Origin: Bigelowiella natans CCMP2755
Lineage: Eukaryota; Protista; Cercozoa
DNA length: 55,712 nt
Assembly: GCA_000320545.1 (NCBI GenBank)
Contig: ADNK01000006.1
Location: 1-55,712, forward strand
Direction of reading: 5' to 3'
The notes below the pieces were generated by a model that did no database searches, was not told the DNA's origin, and saw nothing but the letters and a program-made list of their open reading frames with translations. The position numbers and the translations under genes are program-made. Shown in pieces: positions 38,969 to 51,064 of this stretch (positions are counted from its first letter, which is position 1; the number at the start of each line of letters is the position of its first letter).

Positions 38969-40903
38969 ATTTAACTACCAACAAAAGGTGGTGCTTGTCG
39001 GGTACACCCCTGGTGAATTCCCCAGAGGACATACAGAGCTTGTTGGAATTCCTCAAAGTGGAACCTTACTGTCTCAAATCGGGACCTACAATGTGGAAGG
39101 ATTACATCTCAAAGCCAGTCAAACAGGGAAAAGTCATCGGTCTTACTCGTCTGCGCACACTCATGAGCACCTTCTCCATCCGCCGCACCAAAAGCCTCTT
39201 AGTTAATGCAACAAAGAAAAGTGCTATGAGGAGGCAGCAGCAGCAGCAGCAGCAACGTAAACTGACGACTCCTCCCTCTCCACCTCCTCTCTCACAGTCT
39301 ACTACTGTTAGTACTCCTACTACTCTCAGCAATGCTGCTGCCACCTTCCCAAGCATTAATTCAGATTCGCTCAACTACAAGAAAACTAGTAGAACCAGCA
39401 GCTTAAATAATAATAATACAGGCAGCAGTGAGTTTAATGCTCGTAGTAACTCGCTGCCCCCTAAGTTTATCAGCGAAGTTATAATCGAGATGAAGAAAGA
39501 GCAAAGGGAGGCTTATGACCGATATGCGAACATGGTCAAGGACTGGATTGGGACGGTCATGGACATGAAAGGTAGGGATATGCTGATGATGATGATGATG
39601 CTGCTGCTGATGATGATGATGATGATAACAATTATTGTCCACTGTGATGAATATGAATGCTGATGATATTTTGTTGGAACTAGCCTTTACCATTGGAAAC
39701 ATTTAATCCGACACGGAATCATTACTATTTGCCGCTTTTTTCCTTCGCATCTCCCCCACCCTTTCCTCTTCTACCTCAAAAGACGGGAAGAAGCTACTTG
39801 CCAGTAGCATGGGCAGCATTCTGGGTTTGCTTTCGAGACTTAAACTTTGCTGCTGTGATCCTGCTCTTGTTCAAGAGACAGACATGAGAGATATGGTTGT
39901 ATGTGCTTTGCTATTAGTATCAGGAGTAGTAGCAGTGGTGGTGGTGATGGTGGTGATGGTGGTGATGCAGCAGCAGCAGCATGAGTATTTGTGCGATTAA
40001 CCTTAATAACAGTTTAAAGTGTGAAATTTCGTACGGCCGCGCGTAGTACACACGAATAAACCGAATATGACTTTTTCTTGATTGTGACACACAGGTGGGA
40101 AATCTTGACCAACGTCTAAAAGCCAAAACGGGCGGGCAGCAGCGCCTTGGTCCGCTTCAATGTCCAAAACATTACAACACGCATGTATAAAAGCAGCTCA
40201 ATAAACAAGCAATAGGAATACAATTTTCATTGCTGAGACCGTGTCGTTGTTTTCCTCACATTTGTGTTAATTTCAGGTAATGAAGGCATCAACTCATTTT
40301 CGATGTCACAGCCTGAACCGTTTCCTGCGGGAGCTGGAAACGAAAGGAAACGGAAGAAGATGCATGCAGCTATGAGAAAACCACATGGTGGTAGTGGCGG
40401 CGTTGGTGGAGAGGTATCCGATTTTTGTACATGAGAAAATGATTTTGGAAGAATCTTTAATGTGAATTTTGCAGGATGAGAAATATGCAACTACCTTTTT
40501 GAATTTTGGCGTTCCCACACAACTACTATCTCTTGAAACTACACGATTCGAAAACTTGAAACACGTGTATGCAAAACCTCACTGCTTCGATAATTTGAAA
40601 ACTTAAGAACAACATCCATGATGGCTGGAGCGTCCCGGACGAAGAGGGTGGTGATACAGCTAGCGATAAAAGCAGCACTAGAAAGCCACCTGGAAAGGTT
40701 TCCGTGCTTCTCGAACAACTTGATAAAATGGACCATGAGAATCCGTACGGGAAAGCTGTGGTCGTGTCGCAATTTAAAAGCTTCCTTGATATTGTGCAAT
40801 TCCACCTCAACGCCAAAGGATGGGCTACTGCGAGGATAGACGGTCGAATTTGCCTTTCTTTGTAAAAATCTTTGTGTGTATGTATTTGTTTTTTCACGCA
40901 CTC

Positions 40904-40941
<38 letters not shown>

Positions 40942-41835
40942 TGCAACAAATCTGTAGGAAGTGTTACGGGACCAAAAAGAGAGATACAGCTCGCACAGTT
41001 CAATCAAACCCTTCACCGGCCATCTGATAGGAGAGAAGTTCGTGTAATGTTGCTCAGCATGAAGGCGGGTGGGGTTGGTATAGACCTGACAGAGGCATCA
41101 TACGTGTTCATGTTGGATCAATGGTGGAATCCAGCAACTGACATGCAAGCAATTGGTATTTTAGCACAATGAAACATCAAACAATGTAACGAGTGTGGGA
41201 AAGGAGAAAAAGAAGAAGGACGGATGGGAGTTTATTCCTTTGATAACTGACATGTTGCATTCTTGCTTTGTTCTCAGACCGCGTGCACCGAATTGGGCAA
41301 AAGTAGAAACCATTTTTCTCCTTTGTTTGTTACTTTACATCTTTTCTTGTTTACACGCAGTTGTGACCTTTGTATTCATATTTACTTGTAATCGACGGGA
41401 CCAGCTTTACTTCTCCAATTTGATGTATTTCTGATGTCTCCGGTGACCCAACTTGTAGGTCCCCTGTAATTGTGAAGCGTTTCATCATGAACAACACCAT
41501 CGAGGAACGAATTTCGGAACTTGTGAAAAACAAGGAAATCATGGTGCTAGGTCAGACTCTTTCTGCCTCATCTCTTACGACGGAGTACAGACATCATCAC
41601 CATCGTCATCATTGTCATCACTTTCTTCTCAGGATCTGCTGAGCGTCTCAGTGAAGCGGAGAAGAAAAGGCAAAGGGTGAGTGCGATGTTCAAACTTTTG
41701 AATTTCGACGAGGAGGACAACCCGGACAGGTCTACTGATGACACAGAAGAGATCGAACGAAGATGTGAAGAACATGACAGGAAGATTCGTGAAGCATTCG
41801 CCAAGGAGATTGAACTTGGCCGTTCGCAAGCATGA
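36090..41835 (+). CDS. SNF2-family ATPase/helicase (Rad5/Rad16/TTF2-like group; no RING seen), multi-exon, with signal-peptide-like leader
   Basis: [12 protein letters not shown]; [13 protein letters not shown]; TLIVCP; IVLDEAH; RWCLSGTP; [11 protein letters not shown]; [28 protein letters not shown]; DRVHRIGQ. First exon 36090-36178 splices in frame (intron 36179-36238) into the 36357 ORF. Confidence 0.9.
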
Positions 41836-42412
41836 TGAGGTGTGGCAGAAGCAACAGTTTCTTTCTGCAAACAGCTGCAAGCCACAAATTGCAGTGCGCA
41901 TGTCCACTGTGAACGTGTGTGCTACATGTGCGTAGCAATTATTGTTGGACCAGTGCGTAGGGCTGTGTGTCACCACATTGCGGCTTGCATGACAAAATCT
42001 AGTGGCGTGACATGCTCGAGGGCACTTGTGCGTCATCACACACATCTTCAGATCCAGCTCATGTGTGTGTGTGTGTGTGTGTGTGCATGCACACGCTAAC
42101 CCCACGAGCGATGTGGAATGATCATGCATAACTAACACATCCATGTGAAGGAATGCTGCCATAGCGCACATCTATCATGGCAGGCTAGCAGGTGTCGTCA
42201 TGGTGTCTGCTGTGCCTACCAGTCCTGCTGGCACCGACAGTCTAGCAGTCTACATGTACATTACACATACACTGAACATTGTCTAGTGATTTTCGCTAAG
42301 CTTGCTTATCTTTTGGATCTCATCTTTGATTTGAGCAGATGTTCAGTTCTACATGCAGCTAGATATAAGGATGCGCGGTGCAATCTCCTTTCGAAATTGC
42401 AGATCACATGTT

Positions 42413-42517
42413 TCATTTCTCTTTAACTTCTTCTTTCTTCTCTTCGTTCTCCTCCACGTCCTCCTCTTTAGATTTTCGGTATCCGGTGAAGTCCGTCTAC
42501 AAACATACACAGACATG

Positions 42518-42552
<35 letters not shown>

Positions 42553-43235
42553 CTCTTTCGCATATTCATTTTACCCTTTGGTTGTGTCCGCAATCTTTGA
42601 GGAGCGGGGACTAAAGTTAGATCTTCATGAGATAAAAATTACAAAAGAAAATTATGGATTTTACTTTACCTCAGCAAGTTTCATTCCACCCCATTCCTGG
42701 AACCTTCTCGATTCTACTTTCTCCATGTCCTCCATTATAATGGCGCTATTTACAACTTAATTAGAAATCGAAGAGATAAGAATTCTATAACGTACAAGTG
42801 ACGCTTGTCTGCAATGATAACATCCAGTAGAGCAGTGACGGCGCGTTCCTGAAGTAGATACAGAATGAATCATATCGCCAGTGTGTGCTTCCGATTTTCA
42901 AGCAACAACCTCTCCCTCAAGAATTTGGTGCACTTTGTTGGTGTCTGGGTCATACCAGAGAGCTCCTCCGACTATCATAAAATGGTAGACATATAAAAAT
43001 ATGTGACTTGATCATTCGTCACTCCGAATGTGGTACCTTTCATTGTACAATTCTTTTTTTCAGCCTTCTTAATTATGTCGTCGATACAGTCTCCGCTCTG
43101 CATGAAGGGAGATGACGAGATTTTTCACGAACCAAAACTTTTGGATCCACACATCAATACGACCTTCATGGTCGAGCGGTACCCAACGCGAACGAGCTGG
43201 CGAGAAGCGACGTTGTCCGAGTGGCAAGCTCCCAT
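42413..43235 (-). CDS. Stand-alone BLUF (blue-light sensor using flavin) protein, 147 aa, 7 exons, N-terminal MGACHS acylation motif
   Basis: Exons 43235-43164, 43097-43037, 42971-42910, 42848-42796, 42745-42670, 42610-42575, 42496-42413, all GT-AG. Product: MGACHSDNVASRQLVRVGYRSTMKSGDCIDDIIKKAEKKNCTMKVGGALWYDPDTNKVHQILEGEERAVTALLDVIIADKRHFAIIMEDMEKVESRRFQEWGGMKLAESPLLKDCGHNQRTDFTGYRKSKEEDVEENEEKKEEVKEK. BLUF signatures YxS, N, QxLEG, DxRH and RxFxxW..M are present in order. Confidence 0.88.
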
Positions 43236-43429
43236 GATCAGATGCTACACAGAAACACAGAAGCTGACTCTCTCCCGAAGGCAAGGCAGTTCAGATCTAT
43301 TTGAACTTGTTGGATTTGCTCGGACAAAAAATGGATTCCATTTAGGCACGAAGACAATGCATTTAGTTCACAAGCATCAACTGCTGCCCACTTGTCAACG
43401 ATGAAGGGGTATTCAGAAATGTTCACATT

Positions 43430-43704
43430 TTCCTGAAATCCAGGAAATCAGGAAATCCTAGGAAATCCTTCGATTCGGACGAAAAAACAGTGAACAGATG
43501 CCATTTCTCGAGATTTCCGGCATATTTCAACCACATTTCTCGAGAATTCCATCGTCAAAAGGAGAGAAGTGGTCTTGCAAGGAAGAAGAGAAAACTGAAA
43601 AATTGAGTTGCATTTTTGGCACCTCAAAACCCTCTCGCGAATGCATATGGAAGTTGTCTCGAAGATGCCTGGAATTTGGGAAACTTCTCGGAAGTCTTTC
43701 GAAG
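43430..43704. promoter_or_regulatory. Putative heat-shock-element-like arrays in the divergent BLUF/Hsp70 intergenic region
   Basis: TTCtcGAGatTTC (43505-43517), TTCtcGAGaaTTC (43537-43549), GAAacTTCtcGGA (43680-43692) and tandem GGAAATC units (~43443-43468). These are imperfect nGAAn alternations upstream of an intronless hsp70. Confidence 0.45.
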
Positions 43705-43912
43705 AGGAGAAAGGCCACGGCATTTGAAAAGGCGACAAGGGAGTGATGATGTCGTCAACTCTACATCGGAGTCCAAGATGACCTACCTCGGGGATACCTA
43801 AAGGAAATGAGGATGTGCTCCAGGTCAAGAGACTCTTTCTTGCACACAAAACTCAAAAGAAGTCTGCTACAACCAGCTATACTAGAAGTTAGTACTAAAC
43901 AACTCAATCAAC

Positions 43913-45850
43913 ATGCCCGGAACTGAAGCTCCAGCAGTTGGAATTGACCTTGGGACGACCTACAGCTGCGTAGGTGTCTGGCGAAACAACACCGTCGAGA
44001 TCCTAGCAAATGATCAGGGCAACCGGACCACACCATCTTACGTCGCGTTTACAGATCAAGAAAGGCTTGTGGGCGAGGCCGCAAAGAATCAAGCTTCCAG
44101 AAATCCGAAGAATACCATCTTCGGTGCTAAGCGGCTGATCGGGCGGCGATTCGACGAGAAGTCGGTGGAGCATGATAAAAGGATGTGGCCTTTCCAGGTG
44201 ACAAAAGGGCACGGAGGAAAGCCGATGATAAAAGCAAGCCATATGGGAGAGGACAAGTTTTTTGCACCAGAAGAAATCTCCAGCATGGTGTTAACCAAGA
44301 TGAAAGAGACAGCTGAATCCTACCTTGGCCAGAAGGTCACCGAGGCCGTCATCACAGTGCCAGCGTACTTCAACGACTCTCAGAGACAAGCCACTAAGGA
44401 TGCTGGAATGATTGCGGGCCTAAACGTCAAGCGCATTATTAACGAACCCACGGCCGCTGCAATCGCATACGGTCTCAACAAGATGCAGAAGGGCGACAAA
44501 CAGGAGCGCAATGTGCTGATCTTCGACCTTGGAGGTGGAACTTTCGATGTGTCTCTCTTGACCATCGATGAAGGAGTGTTCGAGGTGAAAGCGACGGCTG
44601 GGGATACGCATCTTGGCGGTGAGGACTTCGATCAGGCCCTTATGGGGCACTTCGCCAAGGAGTTCAAGCGAAAAAATAGAGGTTTAGATCTACAAGGAAA
44701 CGACAAGGCAATTCGACGCCTCCGTACTGCTTGCGAGAGAGCAAAACGAACACTTTCTAGCAGCACTCGAGCCCAGATTGAAATCGACTCGCTCTGTGGC
44801 GGAGTTGACTTTTCTGCGTCTATCACCCGAGCAAGGTTCGAGGACATCTGTGACGACTACTTCCAAGGAACATTGAAGCCTGTAGACAAAGTTCTGAAGG
44901 ATTCCAAGATGAGCAAGAGCAGCATTGATGAGGTGGTCTTGGTTGGTGGGTCAACACGTATTCCAAAGATTCAAAATCTCTTAAGCAATTACTTCAATGG
45001 AAAGCAACTCTGCAAAAACATCAACCCAGACGAAGCGGTTGCATATGGCGCTGCTGTACAGGCAGCAGTATTGAATGGCCAGACAAAAGGAGAGGCTTCC
45101 AACATCGTACTCATCGACGTTGCTCCTCTTTCTCTCGGAATTGAAACAGCAGGAGGAATAATGACCCCACTGGTCCCGCGTAACACGACAGTACCAGCCA
45201 AGAAATCGCAGATCTTCTCTACATTCCAAGACAATCAACCCGCAGTGACAATCCAAGTGTATGAAGGAGAGCGAAGGATGACGAAGGATAATCACCTCCT
45301 TGGCCAATTCAACCTCGAAGGCATTCCACCAGCTCCCAGAGGTGTCCCTCAAATCGAGGTCACGTTTAATGTAGATACCAACGGCATCTTAAACGTCACC
45401 GCACAAGATAAGAAAACTCAAAAATCGCAGAGTATCACGATTACAAATGATAGTGGACGCTTGAGCCCTGAGGAGATAGACAACATGGTCAAGAAAGCTC
45501 AAGAGATGAAGGCCCAGGACGACGCGGCTGCTGCCCGCGTGGAGGCAAAGAACAAGCTCGAAAGCTACAGCTACAATGTGCGCAATACACTGGATAATGA
45601 GAAACTCGAGGGCAAGATTGCAACGGCTGACAAGGAACGTGCACAGAAATCTGTTGACGAGACTATTGAGTGGATAGAAAAAAATCAAAATGCGGAGGTT
45701 GATGAGTTCCAGGACAAGCAGAAGGAGCTGGAGGCAATAATCAATCCAATCCTCTCGAAGTTGTACGGTGGTGGTGATGCTGGTGCTACGGCTGGAAGGG
45801 CCCCACCTCAAAACTCTGCTGGCAGTCATGATGCCGAGACCCTTGATTAG
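43913..45850 (+). CDS. HSP70: Cytosolic-type heat shock protein 70, intronless, atypical C-terminus (AETLD)
   Basis: 645-aa ORF with [71 protein letters not shown]. Confidence 0.98.
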   Translation: MPGTEAPAVGIDLGTTYSCVGVWRNNTVEILANDQGNRTTPSYVAFTDQERLVGEAAKNQASRNPKNTIFGAKRLIGRRFDEKSVEHDKRMWPFQVTKGHGGKPMIKASHMGEDKFFAPEEISSMVLTKMKETAESYLGQKVTEAVITVPAYFNDSQRQATKDAGMIAGLNVKRIINEPTAAAIAYGLNKMQKGDKQERNVLIFDLGGGTFDVSLLTIDEGVFEVKATAGDTHLGGEDFDQALMGHFAKEFKRKNRGLDLQGNDKAIRRLRTACERAKRTLSSSTRAQIEIDSLCGGVDFSASITRARFEDICDDYFQGTLKPVDKVLKDSKMSKSSIDEVVLVGGSTRIPKIQNLLSNYFNGKQLCKNINPDEAVAYGAAVQAAVLNGQTKGEASNIVLIDVAPLSLGIETAGGIMTPLVPRNTTVPAKKSQIFSTFQDNQPAVTIQVYEGERRMTKDNHLLGQFNLEGIPPAPRGVPQIEVTFNVDTNGILNVTAQDKKTQKSQSITITNDSGRLSPEEIDNMVKKAQEMKAQDDAAAARVEAKNKLESYSYNVRNTLDNEKLEGKIATADKERAQKSVDETIEWIEKNQNAEVDEFQDKQKELEAIINPILSKLYGGGDAGATAGRAPPQNSAGSHDAETLD

Positions 45851-46708
45851 AAAAGCTAAATAAATTTGATGCAACGTCATCATGAAAGTTTCGATACGTC
45901 TAGATAATCAGTCTATGTGTTAGTTTAGTGTGCGTTTCTGTACCTCAAGTAAAATTTACTGTCATTGCTAAATTCACATCAGTCTATGATGTACAGCACA
46001 CAAAGGAACAGCAGGGCGGTTGATTCGTGACAACAAATTCAAGCTCGCGCTTGCGCGAGTGGACACACATTGGCAAGTGTGTTCTTTTGTGCTTGCTAGC
46101 TTGCGTGCTGGCATGCTAGCATAGAACAAAAGGCTACACATGTACATGTAGTGCGCCATGTTTGTAATACAGTTTCATGCTATCCAGCTGTGTGCATATT
46201 TGTTCACCAGTGTAGGACTACACTTTACAATGATGTGTTTTGGGATTCAGGCTTGCATGCAAGCGAGAACATGCTGCACAGTCCTTTCAACCACTCCAAC
46301 GTTGTCGTTGGATTTCAGTTTGTAATGTTCAAAGCGTCATCATATAATCCCTCAGATGAAAAGATGAGTTTGCCTTGCCTCTCAAGTCATCTAAGCACGT
46401 GTCCATCGTTTCAGGGTCAACGCTACGCACTAACACTCACTGCTTGTTCCGCCAATGGAATGCACATCGGCAAGAACGTCCGCACATCACCCGCTAGCGT
46501 GCTAGCGTGTAACTGCATGTTCATATGTCAGGTTCGCAGGCCTAGTGTGACCCCAACATGCAACACAACATTCTCTCATGCTCTAGTGCTAGCATGCTGC
46601 GTGCTTTAAAAATACTTTGGTCCTGCAACGGGTTGACATGCATGCGTGCGATGTGATCTAAACCAAAACCTTTAATCTGATGATTCATTCATTGTACCAA
46701 AAACTACG

Positions 46709-49326
46709 TCAAGTTAGAGATGGACATTTTCGGCTGTCTCCTCCATCAATTTTGTTTGGGTCTTCGGTACACTGCGTTTTTTTCATTTCACGGCGACGCT
46801 TGATCTGATCAGCTAAGTCAGATCTTCCCGTCAACCTTCACAATATATGCATCTCCAAATGAAAATCTCATCACACATGTGAATGCAGGTGTGGAACAAC
46901 CGTAATCGATTTGCAGCCCAAGTGTCATAAAGGCCATCCGCAAAGTCTCCAATTAGAGGAGCCTGAGTAAATTAAAAAAAAGGTGCTGAAAATATCCATC
47001 CTTTGGATAACTTTCCATGTCTCCTGCCCATCTACCTTTGAGAGGGCAAATAGCCAGCCCAAACCGATAGCATTGTACGTTCTATATAGGGTGTGCTTGG
47101 TTAAATCAACTAGGATCAGACGATACCGTGTAAGCTACCTCCGAAAAACTTCGACTCCCTGGTAAATTTCACCGTCTGACGACACTGCAATGTTGCAAAA
47201 TATTATGAACTCCTCATCAGCTCAACAGTAACGTGTTTGTCTTCAGAGAAATATATTATGGAAGACCTGCATGGATCCTTTCCATTGCATCTTCATACGA
47301 AACGCCACCATTCTAAATATGGATATGAATCAATGGCATATGCCACAGGAAATTTTGGTGACTATCAAGAATATTTCCCACATTCAGAATCTAAATACGC
47401 AATGAATGTACTTCTACGTGTTGTCAATACCGTGGAATCGTTTGGATCATAGTCCGGAGAAGATATGTCAGTGAAAAGAATTTTGCCTGTGTATGAATGA
47501 GATAATATATAAGGCAAAACAGCTATGCAAGACTGGATCATCAACCACGAGAACGGGCCTACTTTTTCTTTGTTCACTAGAGAGTGATGAAAGATTACAG
47601 CTCAAATTATAGTATCAGTGTTCCACCTTTAGGATCATGTGACCTTAGAAATTCAGCCTGGTGCAGCATTAGCAATGTTAGACACTACAGTCAATTATGT
47701 GGAACGGTAAAAACCTCGGCGTGGCAAACGGGACACTCAGAATCATAAAGAAGATTTACTTCCCATTTGGGAGGAGCAGCGACTGTGTAGTAAGAATATT
47801 GTTAGATTTTGTAAAAATGAATCCTCACTCAAGATTGCACAGAATAAATAAGGCGACTGCGAACCTTGGGAAGCTGTTTCTCTCTGAGCCTTTTCATCCA
47901 AGATGTCATCAACAAGAGCTCTATTGTTTTAAGTTGGAAGAAAACCATTAAGTCTCAGAATATGTTTTGGGATATCAGTTCGCCCTTATAGAGGAAGGTA
48001 TAACTTATGGAGAAATGTAACTTTTGACGCGTGATTTCAGTAGAGAATCCATACATCTTATATCGTATGCAAAGGCGATGCATCTCTATCCTTTCGAAAT
48101 GATAATCTTCCTTAAGAGAACGCATTTGGAAAACCGCCCTTCTAACCTGAGATCCACAAGAGCAAATTCTCCGGGGTATTGCTCCCCTGCGATTTCCCAA
48201 GTTGGATACCTTCCAGCACGATGTTACACAGACGTCAAAATTTCCATGCTATGGAAAGAAATTAGATTTCTTCTTCGATTCCAGTGATGTTTCTTCGTAG
48301 TGGCTTGTCGTGAACCTACCCTTGAATTTCTTTCCTTTTGCAGAGACCACGCTGGCACAATTACAAAACGATATTGGTGAATGGATATAGTACAAATGGT
48401 AGACTCTGTTTATTTCCAGAAATAACAGATGTGCAGATCGCACCTGAGAGTTGACTCCATCCTCGGCGCATTCTACATAACGAATCTGTATCATACAGTG
48501 AGAATGTTACAAGAGCATCGTTTCTTTTCCAAGAGAATTATTGTCTACCAAGGAAAAAGCCTCTTTGCCTAGAACCTTTTTCTGGTTCATGCAGTGACTG
48601 TCATGAAATATGTGTTAATTATTCTAACAAACGTTGTAAACTTTTCAGCATTCCTTCAGATCTCCAATTTTACCTGCACCAATGAGCGCCGTAAAACACT
48701 GTATCTAATTTTGCAAGATCTCTTGCTGTATATGTATAATGCAAGATGTCAGTAAAATCACCGTGTTAATCCAATGCACCGCAACATACCAAGTGCTATA
48801 GCTTCAGGCGACGAAGTTGTAGTTATAGGGGGTGGCTGAATAAGATTTTACGTGTGAAGTTCCAACCGAGAATTTGGGGTGAATATGAGAACCTCTTTGA
48901 GTCCCGCTTTTGCCTGTCCAGCTTGAATCCCGACAGCTAATGGTAAAAAAAGAACCTCAACCCAAGAGAACGCGAGGCCATTGCAGCTCCGATCTCATAT
49001 GATTTACCAAGGACAGTGGCACTTTCGAATATTCTCCGCCTTCGAATGACATTCTGTGTATCATGATGATCGAACTTATTGAATTCCCGACACATCTGCC
49101 GCATTGATCTTCTTCTCAGCTTCTGCGACGGAGCCTGGCGTACTAAAGAGGCGAATTTGCTCTTGATTCTCGGCACATTCGACAGCACTGACCGTCGGAC
49201 TCGATGTACATGCCGCAAGGCAGCAGACTGTACATGCCCAGAAGTGATAAGATTGGACGATGAATGTGTGGAGGCAAGGAGGAAAAGGGAAACTGTGATG
49301 GGGAGAGTTTGGCTCGCCAGCCCCAT
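46709..49326 (-). CDS. Plastid/thylakoid-lumen-targeted fusion of an LTO1-type thioredoxin-like domain and a DCC (DUF393) thiol-disulfide domain, multi-exon
   Basis: Signal peptide, Arg/Ser-rich transit peptide, then RRRR..AVGIQAGQAKA. Trx: FYGAHWCSHCMNQKKVLGKEAFSLIRYVECAEDGVNSQRGLCKRKEIQGYPTWEIAGEQYPGE. Linker exon 47920-47865. DCC: WEVNLLYDSECPVCHAE (47782-47715), ILFTDISSPDYDP, YEDAMERIHA, GVEVFRRTYNAIGLGWLFA, YDTWAANRLRLTGR. Confidence 0.8.
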
Positions 49327-49807
49327 TTGGATTCGTTCGACTTCGGCCACAAGCTTCAATTTGGGGTTAGGACCACGTTACTCTGTCTTAACCTTGAAAT
49401 TGAGGGGATTTTATGTAAACAACAGTCCATGAAAAGAATTTTGTCGATCGAAATGCAAAATTCATTTCTATGAGCCTGTGCTCCAAACCGAAGAATTAAG
49501 TTTTTTGAGGGGCACGGCACATTCTGGGGGGTAATGGTAAGACTCTTAAATTGCCGTCGGCTGGCAAGGTTTAAGTGAATAACTCGTGAATTTTGGGCTT
49601 GAGACAACCAAATTATCTTTTTGTGGAAAACCTCAATATTCTATTTTAAGACATTGTGTGTGCACCGACAAAGTCAAAACATAATAAATGCATCATATTC
49701 ATTCAAATTGATTTTGGAATAGTTTGAAAAGATAACAATATCGCATTTATGGAGCATAATCTGCATGATTTTGTGACTTAGCCTTTACCTTGAGGTAAGA
49801 TCTGAAA

Positions 49808-51064
49808 ATGGTGTCGTACCAGCGAATGGTGGGCGGCCGGTCCCCCTCCTACTGCTCCTCGCGTGCACTTATTACCGTGAGCGTAGCTGTTAATCTTATC
49901 CTTGGAACTGCATTTTTCTTCGGCAGGAGTCAGCGAAACGTGGAAGGTAATCATGAGAAATTTCAAATTGTGATGCTTGTATTGTGATCCCCCGTGGTGT
50001 ATCCTTGAGAATTTTGAAAGGAGAAGAAGTAACACGGAAATCACTATATCTATCAATTTATATGGTTTTGATACACAACAATAATATCTTTTAATTGTTT
50101 GCGTCCTTTATGAGTCTTGGGATCCTTTTAAGAAGGAGATTGGAGGTGGAGTGGAGGGGGGGGTAGTAATTGGGGTAGTTGTGAGAAGAGGCCACGGAAA
50201 GTACTTGTTCAATTTTACTGGAGGTATTCTGACGAGAAATATACACGCCCTTAGATGTCGGAGCTCCAGTCGTATCTGCACCTTCGCAACTCGCTACAAG
50301 AATTGCAGGACATTTACCTGGTCTGGACAGACCTGATTTCTGTAGTTGGGCGGAGTCTGAGGGTGGGGAACGTCGCGGAAGAGGTGGACCAAGAGGAGGA
50401 AGAGGTCGTGGACCAAGATTTGAGGAGAAAGTTTTGCAGGTTATACCTCCTACTATTGGAAAGGAATATGTGCCAGAAAACATTGTTCTGCTGTGAGAAG
50501 GAAATATTTTTCTTAACTTCCTGCTTCGATTAGGTGCGCCGGATCACGAAGGTTGTGAAAGGTGGAAAGAATATGGGATTCCGAGCTCTCGTTGCCGTAG
50601 GTGACAAGAATGGAAAGGTTGAATATTATATTCTACAAGTCGAAACATTTTATTCGACAGAGAGATCATGAAAGTCATGTAATAAAGCTGATGCAAACTA
50701 ACAATTAATGACATCGTAGATTGGACTTGGGTGTGCTTCCGCGAAGGAAGTAATGGTAGCTGTTGAAAAGGCTTCAATGGAGGCAAAGAAGACAGCAATC
50801 ACCGTACCAATTACGAAAGACTACTCACTCCCTCATCGTCTTGATGTCGAATGGGGTGCAGCTTCAGTAATGATGAAGCCAGCTTCTGTGGGAACAGGCC
50901 TTGTTGCAGGTGGTGCCGTGCGTACCATTCTAGAGCTTGCTGGCTACCAGAATGCACGAGGAAAACAGCTGGGAACAGATAACGCTCTGAATAATGCGAA
51001 GGCCGTTCTAGAAGCCTTCAAATCTTTCGATATTGAGAAAATTAAGGCAAGAGGGTTAGCCTAA
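49808..51064 (+). CDS. rps5: Nucleus-encoded plastid 30S ribosomal protein S5 with bipartite leader
   Basis: Signal [39 protein letters not shown]; [35 protein letters not shown]; [24 protein letters not shown]; [15 protein letters not shown]. Confidence 0.92.

Noticed and set aside
43030-43404. 124-aa plus-strand ORF and 62-71 aa minus-strand ORFs
   Set aside because: Overlap the spliced BLUF gene antisense or out of frame; no independent support.
44003-45883. Antisense ORFs over hsp70 (likewise over TPP1, SNF2 and the G-patch gene)
   Set aside because: Shadow ORFs from codon bias of the real sense gene; no motifs.
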